Shown here one piece after another: positions 8,001 through 18,477 of a stretch of 64,000 nt of DNA. The stretch's first letter is position 1, and every line of letters starts with the position of its first letter. The stretch covers positions 201,777 to 265,776 of the forward strand of contig CAVUEU010000004.1 in assembly GCA_963740595.1 (NCBI GenBank), given 5' to 3'. The notes below the pieces were generated by a model. The model was given only the letters and a program-made list of their open reading frames with translations. It had not been told where the DNA came from and did no database searches. The position numbers and the translations under genes are program-made. The stretch is from an uncultured Gemmatimonadales bacterium (lineage in GTDB: Bacteria; Gemmatimonadota; Gemmatimonadetes; Longimicrobiales; Gaopeijiaceae).

Positions 8001-8333
8001 ATGCCGCAGGGGTTGGGGGAGTTCGAACAGATGGTGCTGCTGGCCATCCTCCGGGTGAAGCGGGACGCGTACGGGGTGCCCATCGTGGAGGAGATCGAGC
8101 GGTGCACGGGCCGGACGGTCTCCCGGGCCGCGGTCTACGTGACGCTGCGCCGGCTCGAGAAACGCGGTCTGGTCACTTCCTGGATGAGCGAGCCGACGGG
8201 GGAGCGTGGCGGCAAGGCGCGACGGTGCGTGCGGGTCGAGCCGGAAGGGGTCGGACTTCTTCGCGAGGCACGGCGGGCGATGGACTCCATGTGGGACGAT
8301 CTCGACCCCGCGGTCGTGGAGCGGGCCACGTGA
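8001..8333 (+). CDS. PadR-family transcriptional regulator
   Basis: ATG at 8001 is preceded by GGAGGG. The sequence FEQMVLLAILRVKRDAYGVPIVEEIERCTGRTVSRAAVYVTLRRLEKRGLV is a typical PadR winged-helix core. It sits directly upstream of an ADOP-type permease and is coupled to it. Confidence 0.85.
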   Translation: MPQGLGEFEQMVLLAILRVKRDAYGVPIVEEIERCTGRTVSRAAVYVTLRRLEKRGLVTSWMSEPTGERGGKARRCVRVEPEGVGLLREARRAMDSMWDDLDPAVVERAT

Positions 8334-11044
8334 GCGCCTCGCCCCCGGCCCTCCTGCGCCGGCTCCTGGAGCGCTCGCTCCCGGCGGAGGTGCGGGACGG
8401 TATCGTGGGGGACCTCGACGAGGTCTATCGGGCCCGGCGGAGCCGGCGCGGTGCCGCCCGTGTCGGCGTCTGGTACGCCGGCCAGGCGCTCGCGATCTCC
8501 GGCCGCTTCGCCGTCGAAAGGCTGGGCGACGCGCTCTCCTCCCGGGGCTCGTCGATCGCCCTCGACCTGAAGCTCGGCCTCCGGATGCTGGTGAAATACC
8601 CGGCGCTGACGCTGGTCGGCGGCATCGCCATCACGGTCGCCACCGCCATCGGCGTGGGGGCTTCCGAGTTCGTGCGCGACATGATCGCGCCGACGCTCCC
8701 ACTCGAGGACGGAGACCGGATCGTCCGCCTCTACGAGATCGATGCCGAGGCGGGCGGGTCGACCCCGGCGTCGCTGTACGACCTGGAGGTCTGGCGGGAA
8801 TCGCTCTCCTCGCTGCGGGACCTGGGCGCGTACACCACCCTGGAGCAGGGCGTCGTGACCGACCGCGGGGAGGCGGGCACGGTGAGCCTCGCCCGTACGA
8901 GCGCGTCCGCGTTCCGGCTGACGCGGGTCCCCCCCTTCCTGGGGCGCCCCCTCATCGACGCCGACGAGCGCCCGGACGCGCCGCCGGTGGTGGTGCTGGG
9001 CTACGACGCGTGGCAGGACTACCTGGGCGGCGATCCGGACGCGATCGGACGGACGGTGCAGATCGGCGGGGCCGCCACCACGGTGGTGGGCGTCATGCCG
9101 CAGGGGTATGGCTTCCCGCAGATGCAGAACGCCTGGGTGCCGCTCCGCGTCGACCCGACCGACGTGCAACCCCGGTCCGCGCCGCGCGCGAGCCTGTTCG
9201 CGCGCCTGGCACCGGGCGCGACGCTGGAGTCCGCCCAGGCCGAGCTGGACATCGCGGGCCGGCGTGCCGCCGCGGACTTCCCCGAGGTGTACGGGCGGCT
9301 CAGCCCCAGGGTGGACGGCTTCGCGCGCCGAGCCTCGAGCGGCCGGCTGGCGTTGGTGCTCTCGGGCGTTGGGGCGCTGTTCATCTTCCTGCTGGTCGTC
9401 GCCTGCGCGAACGTGGCGACGCTCGTGTTCGCCCGCACCGTGACGCGCGAGGGCGAGATCGCCGTGCGCACATCGCTCGGGGCCACGCGTCGGCGCATCG
9501 TGTTCCAGCTCTTCGCCGAGGCGCTCGTGCTGGTCGGCGGAGCGACCCTGGTCGGGATATCGCTCGCGCGTTGGTCCCTCGGCCGCATCAGCCGCCTCTT
9601 CTTCATCATCCAGCAGGCGCCCCGGCGGCCCTTCTGGTGGGACGACGCCCTCTCGTCCACCACGCTCGCGTATGCGATCGTCCTCGCGCTGGTCGGGGCG
9701 GTGATGGTCGGCGTCGTGCCCGCGCTCAAGGCCACGCGGGGCCCGGTGCAGCCCCGACTCGGTCGGCTCACGGCGGGCGGGGGTGCGGGCCTCCGCTTCG
9801 GCGGCGTCTGGTCGGTCGTCATCGTCCTCCAGGTCGCGCTCTCGGTGGCGTTCCTCCCCCTCGCGGTCTCCCAGGCGGAGGCTGCCTTCGCGAGCCCGGA
9901 GGGAACCGGCTTCGCGGCAGACGATTACGTCACCGCGCAGCTCGGGCGAGACCCGACCGTCCCCCCGCGGACGCCGGAGGAGCAGGCGGAGTTCCTCGAC
10001 GGCTCGCGGCGGCTCTTCGAAGAGGTGAGGGGCCGCATCGCCGCCGATCCTGCCGTGCGGGGAGCGGCGCTCGCGAGCGGGCTCTCGGCGATGAACCACA
10101 TCCGCGCACCCTTCGAGCTCATGGGCGACGGCTCGGCGCCTCCCCTCACCGGAGCCGCGCGTATCCTGCTTGTCGATCCGTCGTACCTCGACCTGATGGG
10201 CGCGACGGTGGTCGGAGGGCAGGCGCTCGGGCCGGCCGACTTCGGGCCCGAGGCCCGTTCGGTGGTCGTGAACGAGGCGTTCGTCCACGACCTTCTCGGC
10301 GGGCGCAGCCCGGTGGGGGGCCAGCTCCGCTTCCCGGAGCGCGAGGGGGAGGCGTCGATCGTCCAGGTCCCGGCCCCCGGGACCTCGGTCGAGATCATTG
10401 GGGTGGTGCGCAACCCCGGGATCGACGCGTTCGGCCCCGGCGCGCATCCGGCGATCTACGCGCCGCTGGACCTGGCGCCGGTGAAGCCGCGGGACGTCGG
10501 GTTGGTCGGCATGCCGCAGCCCCCGGCGACGCAGCTCTTCGTGCGCATGAGGCCCGAGGGGGGTTCGCTGGCGAGTCGTCTCTACGGGATCGTCACCGCC
10601 GTGGACCCCACACTCCGACTGTCGGAGGTCGGCACGGCGGCGGAAGCGTGGAGACCCGTGCACATGGGCTCGCGCCTGGGCGCGTGGATCTTCATGGCCG
10701 TGGGCGCGATCGTGCTGATGCTCTCGGTGGCGGGGATCTACGCCCTCATGTCCTTCACCGTGACACGCAGGACCCGGGAGATCGCGATCCGGACCGCGGT
10801 CGGAGCCGGGCGCCGACAGATCGTGACCATCGTCTTCGGAAGGGCCGTCGTCCAGCTCGTGGCCGGGGTGGCCCTGGGGGGCCTGATCGCGGTGCCCGTC
10901 CTGTGGGACGGAGTGGCGGACCAGGGGCCACGCTCGCTCGTGATCGTCTCCACACTCCTGCTCGCGGCGGGTATCGCCGCGTGTCTCGTGCCGGTCCGGC
11001 GAGCCCTGTCGATCGAGCCGGCTGCGGCGATCAAGTCGGAGTGA
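8330..11044 (+). CDS. ADOP-family (MacB/FtsX-like) duplicated permease, ~904 aa
   Basis: GTG 8330-8332 overlaps the padR stop 8331-8333 (GTGA). It has an N-terminal 'permease prefix' helix (LLRRLLERSLPAEVRDGIVGDLDEVY). Two modules follow, each a periplasmic domain plus FtsX-type TM bundle (…ALGIGV.., LFIFLLVVACANVATLVFAR ... TREIAIRTAVGAGRRQIV). The track ORF start at 7937 is upstream read-through. Confidence 0.85.
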   Translation: MSASPPALLRRLLERSLPAEVRDGIVGDLDEVYRARRSRRGAARVGVWYAGQALAISGRFAVERLGDALSSRGSSIALDLKLGLRMLVKYPALTLVGGIAITVATAIGVGASEFVRDMIAPTLPLEDGDRIVRLYEIDAEAGGSTPASLYDLEVWRESLSSLRDLGAYTTLEQGVVTDRGEAGTVSLARTSASAFRLTRVPPFLGRPLIDADERPDAPPVVVLGYDAWQDYLGGDPDAIGRTVQIGGAATTVVGVMPQGYGFPQMQNAWVPLRVDPTDVQPRSAPRASLFARLAPGATLESAQAELDIAGRRAAADFPEVYGRLSPRVDGFARRASSGRLALVLSGVGALFIFLLVVACANVATLVFARTVTREGEIAVRTSLGATRRRIVFQLFAEALVLVGGATLVGISLARWSLGRISRLFFIIQQAPRRPFWWDDALSSTTLAYAIVLALVGAVMVGVVPALKATRGPVQPRLGRLTAGGGAGLRFGGVWSVVIVLQVALSVAFLPLAVSQAEAAFASPEGTGFAADDYVTAQLGRDPTVPPRTPEEQAEFLDGSRRLFEEVRGRIAADPAVRGAALASGLSAMNHIRAPFELMGDGSAPPLTGAARILLVDPSYLDLMGATVVGGQALGPADFGPEARSVVVNEAFVHDLLGGRSPVGGQLRFPEREGEASIVQVPAPGTSVEIIGVVRNPGIDAFGPGAHPAIYAPLDLAPVKPRDVGLVGMPQPPATQLFVRMRPEGGSLASRLYGIVTAVDPTLRLSEVGTAAEAWRPVHMGSRLGAWIFMAVGAIVLMLSVAGIYALMSFTVTRRTREIAIRTAVGAGRRQIVTIVFGRAVVQLVAGVALGGLIAVPVLWDGVADQGPRSLVIVSTLLLAAGIAACLVPVRRALSIEPAAAIKSE

Positions 11045-11101
11045 GGGGAGCGTGGGAGGCGGCGGTGGATCGCACGCGGCGACTCCCTTCGACGGCAGGC
11101 A

Positions 11102-11899
11102 TCACCCGCTCGCCTGTCCCACCCTCCACACCAACACGCCCAGCGTCAGCACGTCGGCCGCGACGAAGGTCCATCCCACCCGCTTCAGGTGACGTGGATT
11201 GGCAGGAAGGGCGGAGAGGAGCAGGACCGCCGACGCCTTGGGAAGCGCGGACGTGGCGACGGGTCCCAGCGGATGCGCGCCAGCGACACCGACGGTGCCG
11301 AGGAGAGCGACCGCGCCAGCCAGGATCGGCGTGACGGCCACCGTCCACCTCCCAGGTCCCCGGCGCTTGAATCGGTACTTCAGGGCGTGGACGGAAAGGG
11401 TGGCCAGGGTGAAGCACACCAGCCACGTGGCCACCGGGAGGAACGTCACGCGGGCATCGGCGCCGCCGCCGGCGGCCAGAACGGCATGGACCGAGGAGAA
11501 CGTGGCGGCCACCAGGATCTCCCCGGGAAGCGACTTCGTCTTGCGGGCGAGGAGGAGCGCGCCCACCGACACGCCCAACGCTCCCGAGAGCAGCGCCGCC
11601 CGCCAGGCCGCGACCGGAGCCGTCGACGCGAAGGTGATGGCGGCCACCACGGCGACTCCGGCCAGGCGGAGCAACCTCGTTCGGGCGTGCGTCGCCTCGC
11701 TCGAGCGGATGCGCTCGCCCCGGGCCCCCAGGATGACGAGGACCGACTCGTGCGCCAGGAAGCCGAGGACGGCGAGCGCCGCGAAGGCGATCCCGGACCA
11801 CGATAACCCGCCCATCGCGAGGCCGGAGACCACGGGGAAGACGAGCATGGCGTAGGCGCCGTGCTCCCGGGGTCGCAGGCGATCGATCGACGGCGTCAC
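11102..11899 (-). CDS. YwiC-like multi-pass membrane protein
   Basis: PREHGAYAMLVFPVVSGLAMGG followed by ~7 hydrophobic helices resembles the YwiC-like family. The start is placed at GTG 11897-11899; an alternative ATG lies at 11848. The upstream part of track ORF 11102-12241 is Arg/Pro-rich and probably non-coding. Confidence 0.6.
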   Translation of the reverse strand: MTPSIDRLRPREHGAYAMLVFPVVSGLAMGGLSWSGIAFAALAVLGFLAHESVLVILGARGERIRSSEATHARTRLLRLAGVAVVAAITFASTAPVAAWRAALLSGALGVSVGALLLARKTKSLPGEILVAATFSSVHAVLAAGGGADARVTFLPVATWLVCFTLATLSVHALKYRFKRRGPGRWTVAVTPILAGAVALLGTVGVAGAHPLGPVATSALPKASAVLLLSALPANPRHLKRVGWTFVAADVLTLGVLVWRVGQASG

Positions 11900-12559
11900 G
11901 ACTCCCCGGCGAATGCGGCGCACGGACCCCGCGGCGACCTGTACATGGCGGGAGTCGACCGTGGGAGATCGGCGTCCTGAAAGACGAGGGCCGGGGATCG
12001 GCGCGTGCCCGTGCCGTTGCCGGTGAGGATCATCGGCACACCGCCGGACACCAGGGCGCCGGGTCGCGGGCCCATTTCTGGGGCTTGCCGTAGGGCGTCT
12101 CCAGGCACATCGACCCCTGGAGCGTGACCCGGGCTCCCACCCCGGGGTGACGGTGCACCATGGAGGCCATTGCGGGCTGGAACACGCCCCCACGTACACC
12201 GCCGCGTACCGCCTGGCTTCGACCAGGGGGAGCGGACCCACCCTCGCGATGCGCTTCCCGCCGGAACCCCGGAGGGACGCTCCCTCGAGCGGGAAGAGCC
12301 AGACGCGACCGAACGACTCTACGACCCTGCCTTGGGATCCGCTCGCCGCACGGGCAGCCGCGAGAATAGGGTGGGCGTCGCCGGGGGCCGCCGCGGGGCG
12401 ACGACCGACATCCGGCCCCCGTGCTCGCCATCCACATCGTTCGAAGCCACATGCCGACTCCGGTGGGGAAGATGCGACCCTCCCGAGCGCAGGGTGCGCT
12501 GCTCGTGCAGAACGCCCGTAGATAGACGCACGCCATCGTGGAAATCAAGCCCGGTCGGC

Positions 12560-12870
12560 GCATGCCGGTCCGTCATCCAGTGCTCACGGTGGTGACGGTC
12601 CTCGGACTCCCCATCGGGATTCCGGGGAGCCTCATCCCCATCCACCTTTTCGACTCCCCGGGGGCGGAGCTTCTCTTCGACCGGGCCGACCGCATCGTCG
12701 GCGTGCCTCAACGGAACGTCGCCGACCGACGCACCCACCTACGGATCCTCGACGACTACTTCGTCTGGAAGGACGAGCTTGCCGCGCTGCAGGAGCTCGC
12801 CGCAGCCCGGTCCGATCCGTACCACATCATCACCGGCGACGGGCGCGCCGTATCGGCACAACCGACTCGG
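12560..12870 (+). pseudogene. possible short remnant of an ADOP-type permease (TM1 + start of periplasmic domain)
   Basis: The translation PVLTVVTVLGLPIGIPGSLIPIHLFDSPGAELLFDRADRIVGV...DDYFVWKDELAALQELAAARSDPYHIITGDGRAVSA follows the ADOP pattern (TM helix, 'pf-D-p-drlv', 'dy--wr', 'f--lAa', 'nltg-g-a'). It is isolated and the ORF then dissolves into antisense sequence. Confidence 0.3.
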
Positions 12871-12899
12871 ATCATCCTCCTCGTCCTGCGCCGGGCGTT

Positions 12900-14032
12900 C
12901 GTCGGCTGGCAGTTGGTGTGGCGGGCGGGGTCGTGCTGGGCGTCTGGCTCCTGTCCGAGCTGCTCGGCGTACCCGGCCCGTCGAGGTGGAGCCGCCCCCG
13001 GTGGCCGTGGCCTGCGCGCTTCAACGACGCTGCCGTGGTTCGGAGGGAGGAGTCCTTCGAAGGCACCGGTCTGTACGGTCGGGAACCGCCCTTCACGGAG
13101 GTGCGCGCCCAAGGCCTCGAAGAATTCCCGGGGTCACGCCGATGGAGGCGAGGGGCACGGCCGCCGCCGCTCTCGGACCGTAGGGCTCTCCCTGGAGAGT
13201 GATCGCCAGTACGTGCGGATCGGCTCCACGATCTCGACGTCCGTGGACCGGAAGTGGAAGCCCGCCGGAAGCACGCCGACGATGCGCACCGTGTGCGGAT
13301 CCTGTTTCCACGCCGTCATGTCGCCGTCGAGGGTGATGGTCTTGCCCACGGCCTCCAGTCCGAAGTGGCGAGCGGCGAACGCGTGGGTGACGAGGGGTAG
13401 TGCTAGCCCGCAGCGTTCTCGGCAGCGGTGAAGGGGCGCCCGGCGGCGGGCTGGATGCCGAGGACCGCGAAGAGGTCGGGCGCAACGAATATCGCGTGCG
13501 TGCGCTCCGGGTCGGCGGCGGCGGCGGTAGCCGATATCGCCGTGACACGAAAGGAGGCGATCCCGGAGAAATCGAGGCTGTCGGCTCGCCAGTCGACGAT
13601 GATGGGAAGGCCCGTCGGCGATTCCTTGAGCACGCTGCGCCGATCGTCCGTCCAGAGCATGACCAGGCGCCCCGGATCGGCGTACGGGAGCGGGCGGAGA
13701 ATGACGCCGTTCACCACGGTGAACATGGCCGTGTTCACCCCGATGCCGAGGGCGAGCGTGAGCAGCGCGACCATCGTGAACCACGGATCGCGCCTGAGCG
13801 CGCGCGCTCCGTGCACTACATCCCGCGCCCACGTCTCCACGGCAGCCTCACATCCCCGGTGCGTACGCGCTCCTTGACCTGCTCGACGCCGCCGAGCTCG
13901 AGGCGCGCTGCGCGCAGAGCCTCGTGGCGGCTCGCGCCGGCCTGCGCCCGCTCGCGACCGCCAGCTCGATGAAATGATTGAGATGCCGAAGCCGTGCATC
14001 GGCTCGAGACTCAGCGCCTCGAGGATCAGCAT
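12900..14032 (-). pseudogene. decayed PadR + ADOP permease locus (multiple frameshifts, internal deletions, 3' truncation)
   Basis: Reading the minus strand from 14032, a PadR fragment (MLILEALSLEPMHGFGIS) comes first. After a frame change comes a permease-prefix segment (RERAQAGASRHEALRAARLELGGVEQVKERVRTGD). After another comes TM1 plus the periplasmic start (ARDVVHGARALRRDPWFTMVALLTLALGIGVNTAMFTVVNGVILRPLPYADPGRLVMLW). After another comes VTHAFAARHFGLEAVGKTITLDGDMTAWKQDPHTVRIVGVLPAGFHF, then LGAHLREGRF. No single frame spans the locus. Confidence 0.65.
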
Positions 14033-14203
14033 GTCCGGGGTTCCCCTGGATGGCGTCGGTGCTGGATTTTCGGCATGGGTGCGCTCCGTGGCGGCCAGGC
14101 TCGATCATGGGCCTGTCGACGCGCTCCTCCGCGCAGGGCAGCGGCCGACTCAACCGGCCGGGGGGAGGCGACCGCCTGCAAGGTCGCTTCCCCCCCACCC
14201 GCG

Positions 14204-17200
14204 CTACGGAACCGACAGCATCACCGGCGCCGTGAAGTCGCTGTTGCCCGCCTGGATCTGGATCCACACGGGACCCGTTGCCAGCGTCGGCACGGCGACC
14301 TCGACCCGGAGGCCGGTGGCGGCATTGGCGGACGCGGTTCCGGCGCCGACGCTCGTGCCGGCGCACGTCGGCCCCGTCGTCGGTGCGGTTCCCTGCGTGA
14401 AGCACACCGTGGTGCCGGTCGTGTAGATGCCGTAGCCCTGGATGTAGATCGTGCTGCCGCCGGTGACGCTGGTGGCGGGCGCGGCGTCCAGGATGTTGGA
14501 GAACACGCCCACGAGCTCCGGCGTGCCGTACGTCGCGCCGAGCGTGAGCGTGATGGTGTTGCTCGCAATTCCCGTGCCCTGGTCCACGACGCGCACGTCG
14601 TACGTACCAGCAGCCAGCCCGGAGGGCGGCAGCACGTACTGCGCGCCACTCGTGCTGGGGGGCAGGAAGGTGAACCCGTTGGACGTGGCCATCGTGCTGG
14701 TGTTCGTGAACTGCCACTGCGTGTCGTTCATGTCGGCGCCGAAGAAGGTCAGCGCCTGGTCGAGGCCCGCCGAGGGCGACGGGACCACCGAGCCGATGCT
14801 CGGCGCCGTCACCACCGTCACGCAGTTCGAGAGCTCGGACGTGCTTCCGTCCGGATGCGTGAGCGTGGCGGTCACGACCGTTCCGACCGGGAGCTGCGGG
14901 CTGATGGTGGTCGAGAAGGTGACCTCGCCGCTCCCGTTCGTGGCCGGCGTCGTGAAGAGCTTCACCGGGGTCGCTCCCTCGCCGTAGCCACTGGCGTTGC
15001 AGGACGGGCTGGCGAAGACCTCCATCTCGTACGCCGTGCCCGCCTCGCCCTGGACGGTTCCCGTCTGCAGAGTGGTGACGCCTCCGCCGTTGGCCACGGA
15101 CGCCAGCAGCGGCCAGTTCTGGAGGCCGTTCGGCCCCGTGTCCGCGTCCAGCGCGTCGTTGGCGGTCACGTTGTCCCACCCCAGGTCGATGCCCAGGGCG
15201 TTGCCGGACATGGAGTTGGCGCGGAAGGTGTTGCCCGATCCGGCTGGAGCGTTCAAGGCGATCGCCGCTCCGCTGTTGCCCTCGAGTGTGTTGTCCTCGA
15301 TCGAGTTCCCGGCCGCTCCATCCGAGACGAAGATGCCGGCGAACGCCGTGTTGCCCGAGATCGTGTTGGCCGTCACCACCCCGTTCGTGGTGCCGTAGAG
15401 CGCGATGCCGCCGTCGCCGTCGTTGGGCAGATAGCCGCTTCCGCCCACGTCCACGCCGATGTCGTTGCCCTCGACGAGGATGCCGGGCGCCGTCCCGATC
15501 CAGAGACCGGTGTGGTTCCCGGAGACGAGGTTGCCCGCTGCGGGCCCCGTGCCTCCGACGACGACGTTGGTGGCCGTGCCCACGAAGATGCCGCTGTGGC
15601 AGCAGCCTTGCGCATCGGGCGACGTGAGGACGCGCCCGTTGCCGATCGCCGCGTTCCCGCCGGCGTTCGTGCCCACGAGGTTGCCCACGATCGTCACGTC
15701 CGACACGCCATTCGCGACCGCGACGCCGTCGCTCAGGTTGCCGGAGATCACGTTGCCGGTGCCGGCGCTCGTTCCGCCGATCGTCACGCCACTCGAGCCG
15801 CCGCCCGTCACGTTGATGCCGTCGGCGCCCTGCGTCCCGTTCCCGCGCTCGGCGTTGCCCGAGGGATCGGTGCCGACACGGTTCGCCTGGACGAGCACGC
15901 CCGTGGCGGTTCCGAGCACCTGGATGCCGTGGCCCGTGTTGCCCGACACCACATTCCCGTGGCCGGGGGTCCCGATGAGCGTGTTGGGCGCGTTGTTGAT
16001 GCGGACGCCGCCGAGCAGGTTGCCGCGCTCGACCGGTCCCCAGTTGACGCTGTTGATGTCGATGACGTCGGTCAGTCCGCGGCGGACGACGTCTCCGTTG
16101 TCGGAGAGCCCGATCGTGTTGTCGACGATCCGCGTGCCGGTCACGGGCGCGAGCGGCCCCGATTGCTGGATGTCGATCCCGTACTGGTCGTTCCCGGTGA
16201 TCAGGTTGCCCGTGATCACCGTGTTGCTCGAGCCGTCGTACATCGTGACGCCGGTCCACTGGTTCGGGAGCGGCGTGCTGCCGTCGGGCGCGAGGCCGAT
16301 GGTGTTTCCGGAGATGGTGTCGTTCGCGCTACCCTGGACCAGGATCCCGTTCTGGACGTTGCCGGAGATCACGTTGTCGGCCACGGCGCTGGTGGAGCTC
16401 AGCAGGCGGATGCCCGCGTTCGCGTTGCCTTTTCCGCTCGCGCCGGCCGCGTCCGTGCCGATCGTGTTGCCGACGATGTGGACGTTGCTCAGGCCGGACT
16501 CGGCGAACACGCCGTCCAGCGTGTGCTGCGTGATCGCGAGGCCGCGGATCGTCGTGTTGCTCGCCTGGACGTGGAAGCCGTATCCGCCGGCGCCGGCGCC
16601 GTTCACCTCCACCACCGGCGCGCTGCCGTAGCCCGGCTGGCTGAAGCCGTCCACGAGCGCCTCGTCGGTGATCGCGGGGAGTGCCGAGGAGAGGTTGATG
16701 ACCCAGGGTGGCGAGCCGGGGATCGCGAAGGTGATGGTGTCGAGCCCCGGCGCCGCGTTCGCGTCGAGGATCGCCTGGCGCAGCGAGCCGGCCCCGGCGT
16801 CGTCGGCGTTGACGACGGGCGTCGGGCCTCCGCCCACGCCGTTCACGGTCACCGTGTACGGGCTGCCGCCGATCGGTCCGAGCCCCACCCCGTCGTTGCG
16901 GATCAGCACGATGGCGACGTGGTCGGTTCCCGCCGAGGTGGCGGTGTAGCTGCCGTGGTACATCCCGCCGCCGTCGTCGGTGGCGATGAACGAGGCCGAG
17001 TTGGCGCCGGAGACGGTCACGTCGAGGGTGTCCCCGGAGAGAAGGAAGTCCTGCCCCAGGGCGTTCTTCACCTGGATCGTGATGGGCACCGGGTCACCGG
17101 CGTCCACGGTTGCGGGGACCACCGCTCCGGTCTGCGCTGCGCTCGGTCCGAGCGCGCTGCCGAACGTGCTGAAGGCGCCTACGGCCGCGCCGGGGCTCTT

Positions 17201-18358
17201 GACCACCGTGTTCAGACCGCCGTGCAGGCGGCGGCGTGCCGCGAGCGGCTGCGGCCCGAGGAGGTGGAGGACGTCCGCCGCGCCGCGACGCAGCATCCCC
17301 ATGACCCCCGGAGCCGGTGCGGGCGCGTAGCCCGCGCACTCGGGCGCCCCGAAGGTGCTCACGAGGCGCTGCGTCACGCCCTGGTGCACCTTGTAGAGGA
17401 TGAGCTGGGGGTGTAGCGGCTCGCCGACCCCCATCTGGTCCATCGCTACCTCGTCCTGACAGATGACGACGTTCACCCCGGGCCCGTTCGGGTCGACGTA
17501 GGCGTTCTCCGGGTAGGTCTTCACCTCGATGAAGAAGGGAAGCTCCTGGCTGTCGTCGGTCAGGACGTCGTGGCTCGGTGGCCCGACCACGGCGACCGAC
17601 AGGGTCACGTCCGGGAGGGGGTGGCCGTTCCCGTCGGTGAACACCCCGTCCGGTGCCGTGACCACGGCGCCGACCACCTGGTCGCCGCTGACGGTCTGCG
17701 CGGGTACAGTGACCGTGGTGGGGTGTCCGTCGCCGGGGATCTCGGTCCCGGTGGAGCAGCCGAGGGCCCCGCTGCTGCAGAGCGCGCCCTCCTCGATGCG
17801 GAACAGGATGGGGAAGAGGCCCAGATCCGAGATGGGGATCAGGTCCCCGTGATACGTGCGGATCTGTCTGAGGGCGAGGACCGCGACGTCCGCATGCCCG
17901 AGCTCCACGTCCTGGATGAGCACGCGGATGCGGTACGTGCCGTTGCGCTTGGGGCGATGCAGGGCCATCCACCACACCACGCCGTACTCCTTCGTCCGTG
18001 GACCCACGTCGACCCGGTCCGCGAGCCGGTGCGCGTCCGTGGTGAAGCGAGCCAGGAGCGGGCGGCCTGCGGCGCAGCCGCCCGGGGCGTTCACGTCACG
18101 CTCGCAGATCTCGACGATCGGGTGTTGGCTGCCGTCGGCGACGCCGGGGAAATCCCTGAACTGGGTTCCCAGCGGAGGAAGCCAGAAGAAGTGCTGATTG
18201 CCCGCGGCCATGTGGCCGTCGAGTACGTCGAGGGCAGGCTGGGGGAGGCCGGCGGGCGCCTGGTCCGGCGTCTCCACCTCCGTGGGCTGGTCCGTACAGG
18301 AGGCGAGCACAAGAAGCGCCAGCGAGCTGAGCGCGAACGCACGTGTGCGGGGTTTCAT
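14204..18358 (-). CDS. large (1384 aa) secreted lipoprotein with right-handed parallel beta-helix repeats and Ig/IPT-like domains
   Basis: Signal peptide with lipobox [20 protein letters not shown]|C. It has a '[25 protein letters not shown]' cap motif (CSLREA-type) and a long run of PbH1-like repeats ([61 protein letters not shown]). The C-terminal domains look Ig/IPT-like. Two large overlapping ORFs (13994-17416 +, 13848-16259 -) are shadows. Confidence 0.85.
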   Translation of the reverse strand: MKPRTRAFALSSLALLVLASCTDQPTEVETPDQAPAGLPQPALDVLDGHMAAGNQHFFWLPPLGTQFRDFPGVADGSQHPIVEICERDVNAPGGCAAGRPLLARFTTDAHRLADRVDVGPRTKEYGVVWWMALHRPKRNGTYRIRVLIQDVELGHADVAVLALRQIRTYHGDLIPISDLGLFPILFRIEEGALCSSGALGCSTGTEIPGDGHPTTVTVPAQTVSGDQVVGAVVTAPDGVFTDGNGHPLPDVTLSVAVVGPPSHDVLTDDSQELPFFIEVKTYPENAYVDPNGPGVNVVICQDEVAMDQMGVGEPLHPQLILYKVHQGVTQRLVSTFGAPECAGYAPAPAPGVMGMLRRGAADVLHLLGPQPLAARRRLHGGLNTVVKSPGAAVGAFSTFGSALGPSAAQTGAVVPATVDAGDPVPITIQVKNALGQDFLLSGDTLDVTVSGANSASFIATDDGGGMYHGSYTATSAGTDHVAIVLIRNDGVGLGPIGGSPYTVTVNGVGGGPTPVVNADDAGAGSLRQAILDANAAPGLDTITFAIPGSPPWVINLSSALPAITDEALVDGFSQPGYGSAPVVEVNGAGAGGYGFHVQASNTTIRGLAITQHTLDGVFAESGLSNVHIVGNTIGTDAAGASGKGNANAGIRLLSSTSAVADNVISGNVQNGILVQGSANDTISGNTIGLAPDGSTPLPNQWTGVTMYDGSSNTVITGNLITGNDQYGIDIQQSGPLAPVTGTRIVDNTIGLSDNGDVVRRGLTDVIDINSVNWGPVERGNLLGGVRINNAPNTLIGTPGHGNVVSGNTGHGIQVLGTATGVLVQANRVGTDPSGNAERGNGTQGADGINVTGGGSSGVTIGGTSAGTGNVISGNLSDGVAVANGVSDVTIVGNLVGTNAGGNAAIGNGRVLTSPDAQGCCHSGIFVGTATNVVVGGTGPAAGNLVSGNHTGLWIGTAPGILVEGNDIGVDVGGSGYLPNDGDGGIALYGTTNGVVTANTISGNTAFAGIFVSDGAAGNSIEDNTLEGNSGAAIALNAPAGSGNTFRANSMSGNALGIDLGWDNVTANDALDADTGPNGLQNWPLLASVANGGGVTTLQTGTVQGEAGTAYEMEVFASPSCNASGYGEGATPVKLFTTPATNGSGEVTFSTTISPQLPVGTVVTATLTHPDGSTSELSNCVTVVTAPSIGSVVPSPSAGLDQALTFFGADMNDTQWQFTNTSTMATSNGFTFLPPSTSGAQYVLPPSGLAAGTYDVRVVDQGTGIASNTITLTLGATYGTPELVGVFSNILDAAPATSVTGGSTIYIQGYGIYTTGTTVCFTQGTAPTTGPTCAGTSVGAGTASANAATGLRVEVAVPTLATGPVWIQIQAGNSDFTAPVMLSVP

Positions 18359-18477
18359 GGGTCCTCGCGGGGGTTGGGGGGCGGGGGGGCGGTTTGCCCC
18401 CCGCGGGACGTCGAGGACCGTAAGAGTGCACGCGGAAGCGCGTCTACGCCACCCTCGCTACCCTCCGACCCCTCGAG

